This document shows, piece by piece, positions 1 through 8,985 of a stretch of DNA of 64,000 bases (within the stretch, counting starts at the first letter, position 1; every line of letters starts with the position of its first letter). The notes beneath the pieces were generated by a model. It did no database searches. It was not told the origin of the DNA and saw only the letters and a list, made by a program, of their open reading frames with translations. Both the position numbers and the translations under genes were made by a program. This DNA is from Candidatus Multivoradales bacterium (GTDB lineage Bacteria > Acidobacteriota > Thermoanaerobaculia > Multivoradales > JAHEKO01). The DNA is taken from positions 448,001 through 512,000 of the forward strand of contig CBDCXM010000009.1 of assembly GCA_965223855.1 (NCBI GenBank), in the 5' to 3' direction.

Positions 1-165
1 GCCGGCGCCAAGCCGTGGGACGGCCTGCTCGACGAGGTGCGTCTCTACGACCGTGCCCTCAGCCAGCAGGAGATCCGCGACCTTCCAGGGCCCGGGAGCA
101 ACTCGATCTTCGAAGACGGCTTCGAGAGCGGCGACACCTCGGCCTGGTCGAACACGATCGACTGA
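1..165 (+). CDS. 3' end of a LamG/concanavalin-like domain protein with C-terminal IFEDGFESGD motif (partial, runs off window start)
   Basis: Not in the ORF track. Frame 1 reads AGAKPWDGLLDEVRLYDRALSQQEIRDLPGPGSNSIFEDGFESGDTSAWSNTID*; GxxDEVRxYxRALS is the typical LamG-like C-terminal motif. Confidence 0.8.
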   Translation, partial: AGAKPWDGLLDEVRLYDRALSQQEIRDLPGPGSNSIFEDGFESGDTSAWSNTID

Positions 166-178
166 CCGGAGTTTCGGC

Positions 179-199
179 GGAGTTCCGGTGACAGGTTAC
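179..199 (+). repeat. REP-like repeat, degenerate solo copy
   Basis: ggagttccggtgacaggttac matches the reverse complement of the copy at 5364-5386 at 20/21 nt; a partial duplicate ggagtttcggc lies at 168-178. Confidence 0.7.
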
Positions 200-367
200 T
201 GATCTCCGGCAGCGGGCCAGGGGAACAAGGGCCGGGCACCCTGTTCTGGACTAGCATCCAGCCCTGGGCAGTCTCAGCACCCGCCAAAGGCCCTCTCACA
301 GTCCCGGCTATCGACCCGAGCGGCGAGCACTCCGGTCGCTCCCGCGCCTCCTCCAGGGGATCCGAAC

Positions 368-1636
368 ATGAACCTTCTCTTCACGGTCGTCGCATTCACC
401 CTCATCCTCTCGGCCTGCTGCTCGCTGTTCGAGGCGACGCTCTACTCCACCCGCATCGCTTCGCTCGAGGCGTCGAAGGCGCAGGGGCGTCACGCTCGCG
501 GTGCCGAGGCGTTCCTCGGCCTCAAGCGGCGCATCGCCGAGCCGACGGCGGCGATCCTGATCCTCAACACCGTCGCCAACACCGCCGGCGCCACGGTGGC
601 CGGCATGCTCGCCGCCCAGCACCTCGGGCCGGGAGCCGTGCCTCTCTTCTCGGCCTTCCTGACACTGGCGATCCTGATGCTCTCGGAGATCCTCCCCAAG
701 ACCTACGGTGCCATCCGCTGGCGCAGCCTTTGGCCGGTCCTCGTGTGGCCGATCACGGGGATCCGCAAGGTGCTCGCGCCGGCGGTCTGGGTGACGGAGA
801 AATTCTCGTCGCTCCTGACGAGAGGCGAGACGGCGCCGGTGACCACCGAGGGCGAGATCCTGGCCATGATCCAGCTCGGGGCTCAGGAGGGTGAGGTCTC
901 CCCGACCGAGCTCCAGCTCCTGACGGCGGTCTTCCGCTTCGACGAGACCACGGTCGGCGAGATCATGGTTCCCCGACACGAGGTCGTTTGCCTCGAAGCA
1001 GGCAGCTCCGTCGGCGACTGTCTCGAGGTGATTCAGACGCACAAGCACACCCGCTTCCCGCTCTGCTCCGGCTCGCTCGACAACGCGATCGGCGTCGTCC
1101 ACGTCAAGGATCTCCTCGGCCTCGACGCAAGTTCCGATGCCGACCTCGAATCCCGGGCACGCCCGCTCGAACGGATCCCGGACCTGCTGCCGATCCGGCA
1201 GGTGCTCGCGACCATGCAGAAGAACCGCTCCCACCTGGCGCTCGTCGTCGACGAGCTCGGCTCCGTGGTCGGGGCTGTCACGCTGGAGAACATCCTCGAG
1301 CAGCTCGTCGGTGCCGTGCAGGACGAGTTCGACGCCGAGACAACGCCGCTCATGGCGACGGCCCCCGGCACCTGGATCGCCGCCGGAGAGCTGCCCCTGC
1401 TGCGCCTCGAGCAGGAGCTCGAGCTCACTCTGAGCCGGCCCGGCGCCTCGACCCTCTCCGGGTTCCTCACCGCGAAGCTGGGCCGGCTGCCGCGAGTCGG
1501 CGACCGGGTTCGCCTCGAGGAGGTCGAGGCCGAGGTGCTCGAGGTGCGCAACTACAGGGCCAGTCAGATCCGCCTGACGGCGCTGGTGGAGGAAACGCAC
1601 GAGACCGGCGCTGAGTCGGAGCGAGAGAGCTCCTAG
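368..1636 (+). CDS. HlyC/CorC family (CNNM + tandem CBS + CorC_HlyC) transporter
   Basis: N-terminal TM CNNM segment (CSLFEAT, SEILPKT), IMVPRHEV and HTRFP CBS motifs, VVDELG..G.VTLENILEQLVG.VQDEFD. Confidence 0.9.
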   Translation: MNLLFTVVAFTLILSACCSLFEATLYSTRIASLEASKAQGRHARGAEAFLGLKRRIAEPTAAILILNTVANTAGATVAGMLAAQHLGPGAVPLFSAFLTLAILMLSEILPKTYGAIRWRSLWPVLVWPITGIRKVLAPAVWVTEKFSSLLTRGETAPVTTEGEILAMIQLGAQEGEVSPTELQLLTAVFRFDETTVGEIMVPRHEVVCLEAGSSVGDCLEVIQTHKHTRFPLCSGSLDNAIGVVHVKDLLGLDASSDADLESRARPLERIPDLLPIRQVLATMQKNRSHLALVVDELGSVVGAVTLENILEQLVGAVQDEFDAETTPLMATAPGTWIAAGELPLLRLEQELELTLSRPGASTLSGFLTAKLGRLPRVGDRVRLEEVEAEVLEVRNYRASQIRLTALVEETHETGAESERESS

Positions 1637-1681
1637 CCCGATCGGCGCCGGGGAAATCTGCGCCGAGGCCGATCGGCGGCC

Positions 1682-3844
1682 TCAGTCGAGCCCCAGCTCC
1701 TCGAGGAGCCACCTTGCCGTGTCTCCTTCGATCTCCTCGAGCATCCAGAGCATGTAGCGCAGGTCGGCGGAGACGTTGCGAGCGATGTCGGGGTTGTAGC
1801 CGAAGTCGTTGGCGATGTTCTCCCACACGCGGTCGAAGTTGACGCCGACGAGCTCACCGCGGCCATTGAGCACCGGGCTGCCGGAAGAGCCGCCGGTCGT
1901 GTCTCCGGTGGCGAGAAAGCCCACCGGGACGGTACCGACCGCCGGCTCGGCCCAACGGCTCTCACCGGCCCGGGGTGCGTGCTCGAGCACCGCCTCCGGG
2001 GCGTCGAACGGCTCCACACCGGTGTGCTTCTCGACCACGCCCTCGACGGTCGTGAGCGGCGTCATCCAGACCGCCTCGCGCGGCGAGTAGCCCCTGACGT
2101 GGGCCAGGCTCACTCGCAACGTGCCGTTGGCATCGGGATCGATCGGCCGGCCCGCGTGTGCCTCGACGGCGCGCCGCCACGCCGGACGAAGGCGCGACTC
2201 CGCCCCGGATCGTCGGTCGGACGTGCGCTCGCGCGGCAGGTAGACCTGCCGCTGCAGCGCCAGGGCGAGGTCGATCAGCGGATCGTCACGCTCGGCGAGC
2301 TGGTCGGGGGTCTCGCCGAACATCTCGAGCCGCGCGTCGTTGCCGGTGACCGAGGTCTCGGCCAGCAGCCGGTCCACGGTGGCGCGAAGCTCGTCGTCTC
2401 CGGCGCCCGGCGCGACGATCGCATCGAGCGGAGCGACCCTCTGATCCTCCGGCAGGGCGTAGAGACGCCCCCACCAGTCGGCCATCAGCTCGGCGTCGGT
2501 CGATGCATGGAGCACCGTCTGCGCCCGCTCGAGACGGCTGCGCGCACGCGCCCGATTGCGCTCCTGATAGGCGGCCCGCCGCTCGGCGTCCGGCTTCTCC
2601 GACTCGATCGCCCAGCGGGCGATGGTGAGCGCCAGCGACAACGGCAGGGCGCCGGAGCGGACCTGGCCGAGCAGGAAGTCCCGGTCCCAGTCGGCGAGCA
2701 CCTCTTCTGAAAGCGCCTCGAGGCCCCGATGGCTCTCGAGCGCCGCCGCATGCTCGGGGTGGCCGCCAATCCACTCGAGGACGGTCTCTTCCGCGGCGAC
2801 CTTCTTCGCCACCAGATCGCCTCGATCGATCGCCGCCACCTGGCCGCGCGAGTTCTTCTCCCGGTTCGACAGGCTCTTGTAACGGCTCGCCATGGCGATG
2901 CGGGCAGCCTCGTCGCGCTCACCGGCCGCCGCCATGATCGCCATCCAGTCCCGGTAAAGAGCCGCGCGAGCCGGGAAGTAGCGCTCGTGGCGCTCCCTCA
3001 TCTCGCTGCCGATCAGCCGCCGGTAGGTGCTCCCGGGGTAGCCGACCACCATGACGAAGCTGCCGTCGGAGATACCCTCTCGCGCGATCCTCAGGAAGCG
3101 CTTCGGTACCAGCGGCACGTTCTCCGGTGCGTGCTCGGCGGGGCTGCCGTCCGGAGCGGTGTAGACGCGCAGCAGCGCGAAGTCGCCCGTGTGGCGTGGC
3201 CACATCCAGTTGTCGATGTCGCCGCCGTACTCACCGACCGCCCGGGGCGGCGCGTAAGCCAGTCGCACGTCGCGGTACTCCACGGCCTCGATCAGCGTGT
3301 AGCGCACGCCGTCGTCGAAGACCGCGACCCTGCATCGACGGTCCTCCCGCTCCTCACACCGCGCGACCAGCTCCTTCTTCTTCGCTGCGATGGCGTCGAA
3401 TCGCTCGAGGTCGTCCGCTCCCTCGGGAACGGCGGCCTCGATCGCCTCGCTGACGTCGGTGAAGCGACTCGGGATCGACGCCCGCACGGCCGGGCCCGGC
3501 AGCTCGTCGGCCGGGCTCGCCGCCAGATAGCCGTCGGCGATCACGTCGTTCTCGGCGGTCGAATGGTGCTGCAGGATGCCGAACACGCAGTGGTGGTTGG
3601 TGACGAGCATCCCCCTGGGCGACACGAAGCCGGACGAGCAGCCGCCGACCTGCACCACCGCTTCGAGAAGGCCACCCTCGCCCGTACTCCAGAGATCGCC
3701 CGCCGGGATCTCGAGGCCGAGCTCGGCCAGCCAGGCAGGGTCGTGTTCGAGCAGCTGCTCGGGCGTCCACTTTCCCCCCACCGCGTGGACCGCCGAGGCG
3801 GTCATGAACACCAGACCGGAGAGACCGATACCTGCCTTCTTCAT
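1682..3844 (-). CDS. S46 family dipeptidyl peptidase (DPP7/DPP11-like), secreted
   Basis: Signal peptide, GGKW start of mature chain, GGCSSGFVS, TNHHC (His), DNWMWPRHTGDF (Asp), DTTGGSSGSPV (Ser), PDANGTLR. Confidence 0.95.
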   Translation of the reverse strand: MKKAGIGLSGLVFMTASAVHAVGGKWTPEQLLEHDPAWLAELGLEIPAGDLWSTGEGGLLEAVVQVGGCSSGFVSPRGMLVTNHHCVFGILQHHSTAENDVIADGYLAASPADELPGPAVRASIPSRFTDVSEAIEAAVPEGADDLERFDAIAAKKKELVARCEEREDRRCRVAVFDDGVRYTLIEAVEYRDVRLAYAPPRAVGEYGGDIDNWMWPRHTGDFALLRVYTAPDGSPAEHAPENVPLVPKRFLRIAREGISDGSFVMVVGYPGSTYRRLIGSEMRERHERYFPARAALYRDWMAIMAAAGERDEAARIAMASRYKSLSNREKNSRGQVAAIDRGDLVAKKVAAEETVLEWIGGHPEHAAALESHRGLEALSEEVLADWDRDFLLGQVRSGALPLSLALTIARWAIESEKPDAERRAAYQERNRARARSRLERAQTVLHASTDAELMADWWGRLYALPEDQRVAPLDAIVAPGAGDDELRATVDRLLAETSVTGNDARLEMFGETPDQLAERDDPLIDLALALQRQVYLPRERTSDRRSGAESRLRPAWRRAVEAHAGRPIDPDANGTLRVSLAHVRGYSPREAVWMTPLTTVEGVVEKHTGVEPFDAPEAVLEHAPRAGESRWAEPAVGTVPVGFLATGDTTGGSSGSPVLNGRGELVGVNFDRVWENIANDFGYNPDIARNVSADLRYMLWMLEEIEGDTARWLLEELGLD

Positions 3845-3874
3845 CCGCGCATGCTACTGCGCGCGGACCGCCGG

Positions 3875-4573
3875 CTAGCCGAGAGTGGCGCCGAAGAGGC
3901 GTCCGATGGCCGCCGTCAACCCCATCGCGAGCGCTCCACCGAGAACGACACGCGCGATCGCTCGCGGCACCGGAGCCCCGCCCTGAAGAGCGCTCCAGGC
4001 ACCGAGAACGGCGAGCGCAACCAGGGTGGCGGCGGCCGTTACCCATCCTCGAATGTCGGCGGGAGCAGCGGCGATCGCAACCAGCGGCAGCGCGGCGCCC
4101 AGAGCGAATGCCACCGCAGAGACCACCGCCGCCTGGAACGGCCGCGCCAGCCCACCGAGCTCCAGCCCGAGCTCCTCCAGAGCGTGTGCCGCGAGCGCAT
4201 CGTGATCGGTCATCTCCCGCGCCGCTGCTCGCGCGGTGCCCTCACTCAGGCCCTTCTTTCGCAACAGCTCGGCGAGCTCGGCGAGCTCCTGCTCCGGCTC
4301 GTCACGCAGCTCCTGCCGCTCCCGCTCGAGGTCCGCCTCCTCGACGTCGCGCTGCGAGCTCACCGAGACGTACTCGCCGACCGCCATCGAGAGCGCTCCT
4401 CCGACCAGCCCCGCAAGCCCTGCGGTGAGAATCGCCCCTCTCGAAGCCTCCGCCGCGGCCACGCCGACCACCAGACTGGCGATCGAGACCACGCCGTCGT
4501 TGGCTCCCAGCACCGCGGCCCGGAGCCATCCACCGACACCGATCCTGTGACCCTCGGACGGACTGGCTGCCAA
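3875..4573 (-). CDS. VIT1/CCC1 family Fe/Mn transporter
   Basis: WLRAAVLGANDG, GALSMAVGEYVSVSSQRD motifs and five TM segments. Confidence 0.95.
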   Translation of the reverse strand: MAASPSEGHRIGVGGWLRAAVLGANDGVVSIASLVVGVAAAEASRGAILTAGLAGLVGGALSMAVGEYVSVSSQRDVEEADLERERQELRDEPEQELAELAELLRKKGLSEGTARAAAREMTDHDALAAHALEELGLELGGLARPFQAAVVSAVAFALGAALPLVAIAAAPADIRGWVTAAATLVALAVLGAWSALQGGAPVPRAIARVVLGGALAMGLTAAIGRLFGATLG

Positions 4574-4610
4574 AGTCTCCTCCTCCGGGAGACCCTATCT
4601 CAGAGAGCCT

Positions 4611-4632
4611 GGGGATACGGTGACAGGATACC
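4611..4632 (+). repeat. REP-like 22-bp repeat
   Basis: Identical to 6936-6957. Confidence 0.85.
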
Positions 4633-4704
4633 CATCTTCCGGCCAGCGGACGACAGAGTCCCGGTCCTGCAAGAACTTCGTCCTGTGTCCCGTCTCCAAA
4701 AGAG

Positions 4705-5364
4705 ATGGCACGACTCGCTCGCGTTGTTGTCCCCGGAATCCCTCACCACGTCACCCAGCGCGGGGTGCGCCGCATGCGCGTCTTCTTTCACGACGGCGAC
4801 TACCGCGCCTACCTCGACACCCTGGCTGGTAGAGCCAGGCGTCACTCTTTGAAGGTTTGGGCCTACTGTCTGATGCCCAATCACGTTCACCTGCTTGCCG
4901 TCCCCAGTTCCCCGGTCGGCCTTGCGCGCCCGATCGGCGAAGCGCATCGCCGCTACGCCGTCGGGATCAACCGACGCCAGGGTTGGACCGGACATCTCTG
5001 GCAGGAGCGCTTAGCTTCGTTTCCCATGGACGAAGCTCATCTGCTCGCTGCAACCCGGTACGTTCTGATGAACCCGGTCCGGGCCGGGCTCGTCCGCCAA
5101 GCTATCGACTGGCCCCACTCGAGCGCACGCGCTCACCTCCTCGGACGGCCAGACCCCCTCGTCGACAGAGTCGGCCTCGGGGTTGGTAGCGAAATCCTGG
5201 AACCCCTCCTGCAGCTCGATGCCCCCGATGCTGAGACCGAGTCCCTTCGCCGACACTCGAGCACCGGTCGACCTCTTGGCTCAGAGAGCTTTGTCAGCGA
5301 GCTGGAAGGCTGTCTCGGTCGAAGATTGCGCCGACGGCTTCCAGGCCCGAGGAAGGGAGGATAG
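4705..5364 (+). CDS. rayT: REP-associated tyrosine transposase (RAYT, IS200/IS605 Y1 superfamily)
   Basis: MARLARVVVPGIPHHVTQRG start, AYCLMPNHVHLL HUH motif, GHLWQER, RYVLMNPVRAGLV (catalytic Tyr region), WPHSSA. Confidence 0.9.
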   Translation: MARLARVVVPGIPHHVTQRGVRRMRVFFHDGDYRAYLDTLAGRARRHSLKVWAYCLMPNHVHLLAVPSSPVGLARPIGEAHRRYAVGINRRQGWTGHLWQERLASFPMDEAHLLAATRYVLMNPVRAGLVRQAIDWPHSSARAHLLGRPDPLVDRVGLGVGSEILEPLLQLDAPDAETESLRRHSSTGRPLGSESFVSELEGCLGRRLRRRLPGPRKGG

Positions 5365-5400
5365 GTATCCTGTCACCGGAACTCCCTCACCGGAACTCCC
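5364..5400 (-). repeat. REP-like repeat with tandem duplication of its outer 14 bp
   Basis: ggtatcctgtcaccggaactccc followed by a second tcaccggaactccc (5373-5386 and 5387-5400). Confidence 0.8.
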
Positions 5401-5415
5401 TGCTTATCGCAAGCC

Positions 5416-6840
5416 CTACACCTGAGCGGTCTTCCACCTCCCGCGAGTGAAGAGCCAGAGCGTGAAGAGCCCGACGGACGTCTCCGAGAAGAAGACGCCC
5501 CAGAAGACTCCGGACTGCTTCCAGTCGAGAGTGATCGCCAGGTAGTAGGAGAGCGGAATCTGGATCAGCCAGAAGAAGACCAGATTGATCTTCGTCGGGG
5601 TCGCCGTGTCGCCGGCGCCGTTGAAGGCCTGGACCGCGACCATCCACCAGCCATAGACGAAGTAGGAGTAGGAGAGGATGCGCAGCCATTCGGCCCCGAC
5701 CTCGACCACTCGAGCGTCGTCGGTGAAGAGCCGGATCAGCTCTTCGTTGTAGAGGAAGTAGGCCACCGAGACGGCGACCATGAAGACCATGTTGTAGGCG
5801 CCGGTGCGCCACACCGCCGACTCGGCACGACCGGGGAGCCCGGCGCCGAGGTTCTGGCCCACCAGGGTGGCTGCGGCGTTGGACATGCCCCAGGCGGGCA
5901 TCAGGCTGAACATCGCGATCCGCAGCGCGATCGTGGCGCCCGCCACCGCCTCGCTGCCGACCCCGGCGAGGATGCGCATGAGGAGAATCCACGACGTCAT
6001 GGCGACGATCATCTGCCCGACGCCGCCGCGCGACGTCCGCAGGATGTTCAGCAGGATCGCGCTCCGCGCCCGCAGGTGAGATTTCAGCGCCCGGATGTGC
6101 CGGCTGCCGCGGAAGAGCACCCAGAGCTGCAGCGCCACACCGGTGCCACGCCCGATCGTGGTCGCGATCGCCGCTCCCTGGATGCCGAGCGCCGGTACCG
6201 GCCCGAGCCCGAAGATCAGCAGCGGATCGAGCACCAGGTTGATGCCGTTGGCCAGCCACAACACCTTCATCGCGATGGCGGCGTCGCCGGCGCCGCGGAA
6301 GATGGCGTTGATGACGAAGATCAGCACCACCACCACGTTGGTGCCGAGCATCCATCGGGTGTAGGTGTAGCCCTCCGTAAGCGCCCAGTCGTCGCCCCCC
6401 ATGAGCGCCAGCAGTTCGGGGGCGAAGAACCACCCGACGACCGCGAACGGCAGCGACGCCAGAAGACCGAGGTAGATCGCCTGCACCGCAGTCGCCCCGG
6501 CCTCGTCCCGCTTCTTCTCGCCGATTCGCCGCGCGACGATCGCCGTCACCGCCATCGCCATACCCATGGCGACCGAATAAAGAAGGAAGAGCACCGTCTC
6601 GGTCAGCCCCACCGTGGCGACCGCCGACGGCCCGAGCCTTGCGACGAAGTAGATGTCGGCGACCGCGAACGTCGACTCCATGACCAGCTCGAGGATCATC
6701 GGTACCGCGAGCAGGAACACCGCCTTGCCGAGCGGAATGCTCGTGTAGTCGGCCTCGGTACCGCCAATGGCGTCCCTGAGCTGACGCCAGAGAGAGCGGT
6801 GGGGCACGTCAGGGAGAGGGGGCGAAGGTTCCATCATCAA
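5416..6840 (-). CDS. MATE family efflux transporter
   Basis: About 12 TM, LAVPMILE, ADIYFVARLG, RGAGDA, NLVLDPLLIFG, GAAIAT, GQNLGAG motifs. Confidence 0.95.
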   Translation of the reverse strand: MMMEPSPPLPDVPHRSLWRQLRDAIGGTEADYTSIPLGKAVFLLAVPMILELVMESTFAVADIYFVARLGPSAVATVGLTETVLFLLYSVAMGMAMAVTAIVARRIGEKKRDEAGATAVQAIYLGLLASLPFAVVGWFFAPELLALMGGDDWALTEGYTYTRWMLGTNVVVVLIFVINAIFRGAGDAAIAMKVLWLANGINLVLDPLLIFGLGPVPALGIQGAAIATTIGRGTGVALQLWVLFRGSRHIRALKSHLRARSAILLNILRTSRGGVGQMIVAMTSWILLMRILAGVGSEAVAGATIALRIAMFSLMPAWGMSNAAATLVGQNLGAGLPGRAESAVWRTGAYNMVFMVAVSVAYFLYNEELIRLFTDDARVVEVGAEWLRILSYSYFVYGWWMVAVQAFNGAGDTATPTKINLVFFWLIQIPLSYYLAITLDWKQSGVFWGVFFSETSVGLFTLWLFTRGRWKTAQV

Positions 6841-6935
6841 GAACTCGGTTTCAGCCGCAGGTCCGCCCCCAGGCGCGCGAGCGGACGCCGAACTCTACCG
6901 ACATCCACCGCCTGCATCGACTCTTCCAGTGGTCG

Positions 6936-7029
6936 GGGGATACGGTGACAGGATACCGATCACCTCTCGTTGGCAAGCCGCTCCGCGCAAGATTCGAAGT
7001 AGAAATAGGTATCCTGTCACCGTATCTCC
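6936..7029. repeat. REPIN-like doublet: two inverted 22-bp repeats with a 50-bp spacer
   Basis: ggggatacggtgacaggatacc (6936-6957) and ggtatcctgtcaccgtatctcc (7008-7029), 21/22 complementary. Confidence 0.85.
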
Positions 7030-7407
7030 CGAGTTCTCGAACCTCTCGGCTTCGTCCATACCGGAACACCCCGACTCTCGGTTTTCGAGCACCCTCACTG
7101 CGAGTGGTATCTCGAGTTCCCGCCGGCACCCCTCGCGTTCGGAAACCACTACGTAGACGTATCCCAGTCCCATCTGCTGACGACCGATGCGGGAAGGATT
7201 CGCATCATCACGGCCACGCAGTCCGTCATGGACCGGCTGGCCGCAGCCGCAGCCTGGTACGAGCCTCAGTCTCTGGAGCAAGCGGTCCTGATCGCGGAGT
7301 TTTCGTCCCAAGAGGTCGACTGGACCGAGCTCGACCGGTGGGTGGCAGGTGAAGGCATAGGAGAGATGCCGGAAGTACGCGCCTTCTATGGGAGGACTCG
7401 CGGATAG
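7030..7407 (+). pseudogene. 5'-truncated gene, probable C-terminal half of a nucleotidyltransferase-like (DUF6036-type) protein
   Basis: Not in the ORF track. Open frame RVLEPLGFVHTG..FEHPHCEWYLEFPPAPLAFG..GRIRIITATQSVMDRLAAAAAW..QSLEQAVLIA..VDWTELDRWVAGEG..* with an in-frame TAG at 7006-7008 and no start codon between it and 7030; family recalled from motif pattern only. Confidence 0.6.
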
Positions 7408-7543
7408 GCAACGGAACGAGAGTTCAAGAAGGCCGAGCCTGAACCACCCACTCCAGAGCCCATGAGACGCTCTTCCGGACTAGCGTCGTCACGCGAGGCG
7501 TAGGCATCCCAGGGGCTGCAACCTCCCCAGCTCCGACACAAAG

Positions 7544-8722
7544 ATGAGAACGAAACAGAAGAAGTCGTTCGAAGAGGCACTGTCGAGTCATCGGCTCCGC
7601 CCTGGATGGCGCTACTTCTACCTGGCGTGCTCGGTGAGCCTCGTTGCGGCAGCGGTCTGGTTGGTTCTCGTCGATGACGATCGAGGCTGGGCCCAGATCG
7701 TGATCGGCTCGGCGTTGGGCCTCGTCGGCGTCTGGCTGGCGGTGAGACAGGGCCGAGAGACGATAGAGATCTACTCCGATCGAATCTGTGTCCAGGGTGC
7801 CTGGTGGCGGCGAGAGGTCCCCTTCTCCAAGATCGTCGGCTATCGCCGAATTCACGACCACATCGACTACTACCGGCTCCAAGTGAGGGAAGAATGGTGG
7901 TTGGACGTGGCCATGACCTACGAAGCCGTCGGAAGCCTGGAAGAGTTCCTGGTCAGCAGCTTCGTCAATCTCGATGACGAGGAGGCCACTCGCTCACTCG
8001 TCGAAATTCAGAGCAACGCTCGCCTCGGCAACACGCCACACGAGCGGCTCGAGTACGTCCTCCGAATGAAGACTCGCGCGCGGGTGATCAACGCCCTGGG
8101 GATCGCCCTGATGCTGTGGGCGCTGTTCCATCCGAGGCCCTACGAGGTCCTCATGTGGAGTTGTGTTCTGGCACCTCCGCTCGTTCTGGCAATCGTCAAG
8201 GCGGCGGGCGGCGCCCTCAAACTGGACGGTCGCGAAAGGGAGGTCATCCCCAACGTAGCCCTGGCCTTCCTGTCGCCGATCCTGGCTCTGGTGTTCCGCA
8301 GTATCGGCAAATGGAACCTGGCCTCCTGGCACCAGATCTGGATCCCGTCAGGATTCGTTGCTCTGCTGCTGGCGGCCGCTGCGTCCCGGGTGATGTGGAA
8401 GGAGAAGCGTGGCGTTCAGATCGCGGTCTGGTTCTTCTGCGCCGTCTACGGATTGGGCGCGAGTCTGACGGTCAATGGAATCGCGGTCTCCTCGCCGCCC
8501 GAGATGCTCGAAGCACGGGTTCTCGACAAGCAGCTCGACCAGGACAAGGCGTACGGCTGCCGTCTGCAGCTGAGCGCGTGGGGTCCACGGACCGAGGCCA
8601 ACGAAGTGGAGCTCAGTCGCAAGAAGTGTCCGGAGATCGAGGTCGGAGATCGAGTGAGGGTCCGGCTCTACCAAGGTCGGCTGGGGATCCCCTGGTTCAA
8701 GATCGACAATCTCGTCGACTGA
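7544..8722 (+). CDS. Hypothetical multi-pass membrane protein
   Basis: 392 aa; two N-terminal TMs, a PH-like soluble stretch, about five further TMs and a short beta-rich C-terminus (GRLGIPWF). Confidence 0.7.
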   Translation: MRTKQKKSFEEALSSHRLRPGWRYFYLACSVSLVAAAVWLVLVDDDRGWAQIVIGSALGLVGVWLAVRQGRETIEIYSDRICVQGAWWRREVPFSKIVGYRRIHDHIDYYRLQVREEWWLDVAMTYEAVGSLEEFLVSSFVNLDDEEATRSLVEIQSNARLGNTPHERLEYVLRMKTRARVINALGIALMLWALFHPRPYEVLMWSCVLAPPLVLAIVKAAGGALKLDGREREVIPNVALAFLSPILALVFRSIGKWNLASWHQIWIPSGFVALLLAAAASRVMWKEKRGVQIAVWFFCAVYGLGASLTVNGIAVSSPPEMLEARVLDKQLDQDKAYGCRLQLSAWGPRTEANEVELSRKKCPEIEVGDRVRVRLYQGRLGIPWFKIDNLVD

Positions 8723-8895
8723 TCGCGGCGGAAGATGCGCTCGCCAGGTCCCCGCAGCGACGATCAAGCTGCCCGTATCCCCCGGTCCGACGATCACCTC
8801 CCAGAGCTCTCACTCGACGCGATGTCGCCTACGCACGCCTCCCGAGCAAACAAGCCAGACCGAGCGAAGCAAAGGTCTGTCCTCCCCCGACCTAA

Positions 8896-8967
8896 GGGAT
8901 TCGCGCAGCACGGTTCGCGACTCCGTCGCGAGCCGTCTGCTCAGAATCCCGTACGCGCAGCCAAACT
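8896..8967. repeat. Hairpin element containing an inverted copy of the tRNA-Glu 3' end
   Basis: 8944-8967 gaatcccgtacgcgcagccaaact is 22/24 complementary to 8982-9005; 8896-8950 forms its own long imperfect stem-loop (gggattc...gaatccc). Confidence 0.75.
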
Positions 8968-8985
8968 GAAGCGTCAGCGGAAGTT

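Larger units (their letters stand above)
4611..5386 (+). mobile_element. RAYT locus: HUH (Y1) transposase flanked by inverted 22-bp REP-like repeats
   Basis: ggggatacggtgacaggatacc (4611-4632) and ggtatcctgtcaccggaactccc (5364-5386) are inverted relative to each other and bracket the transposase ORF. Confidence 0.75.

Noticed and set aside
223-246. Imperfect palindrome gaacaaggg-ccgggca-ccctgttc as a second REP class
   Set aside because: Only one copy seen in the window; cannot be distinguished from a terminator-like hairpin
4611-7029. 22-bp repeats as a CRISPR array
   Set aside because: Copies are inverted and dispersed, not regularly spaced direct repeats, and no cas genes are present
8944-8967. 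attR of a tRNA-integrated prophage or island
   Set aside because: The copy is inverted rather than direct, and no integrase or phage genes are nearby
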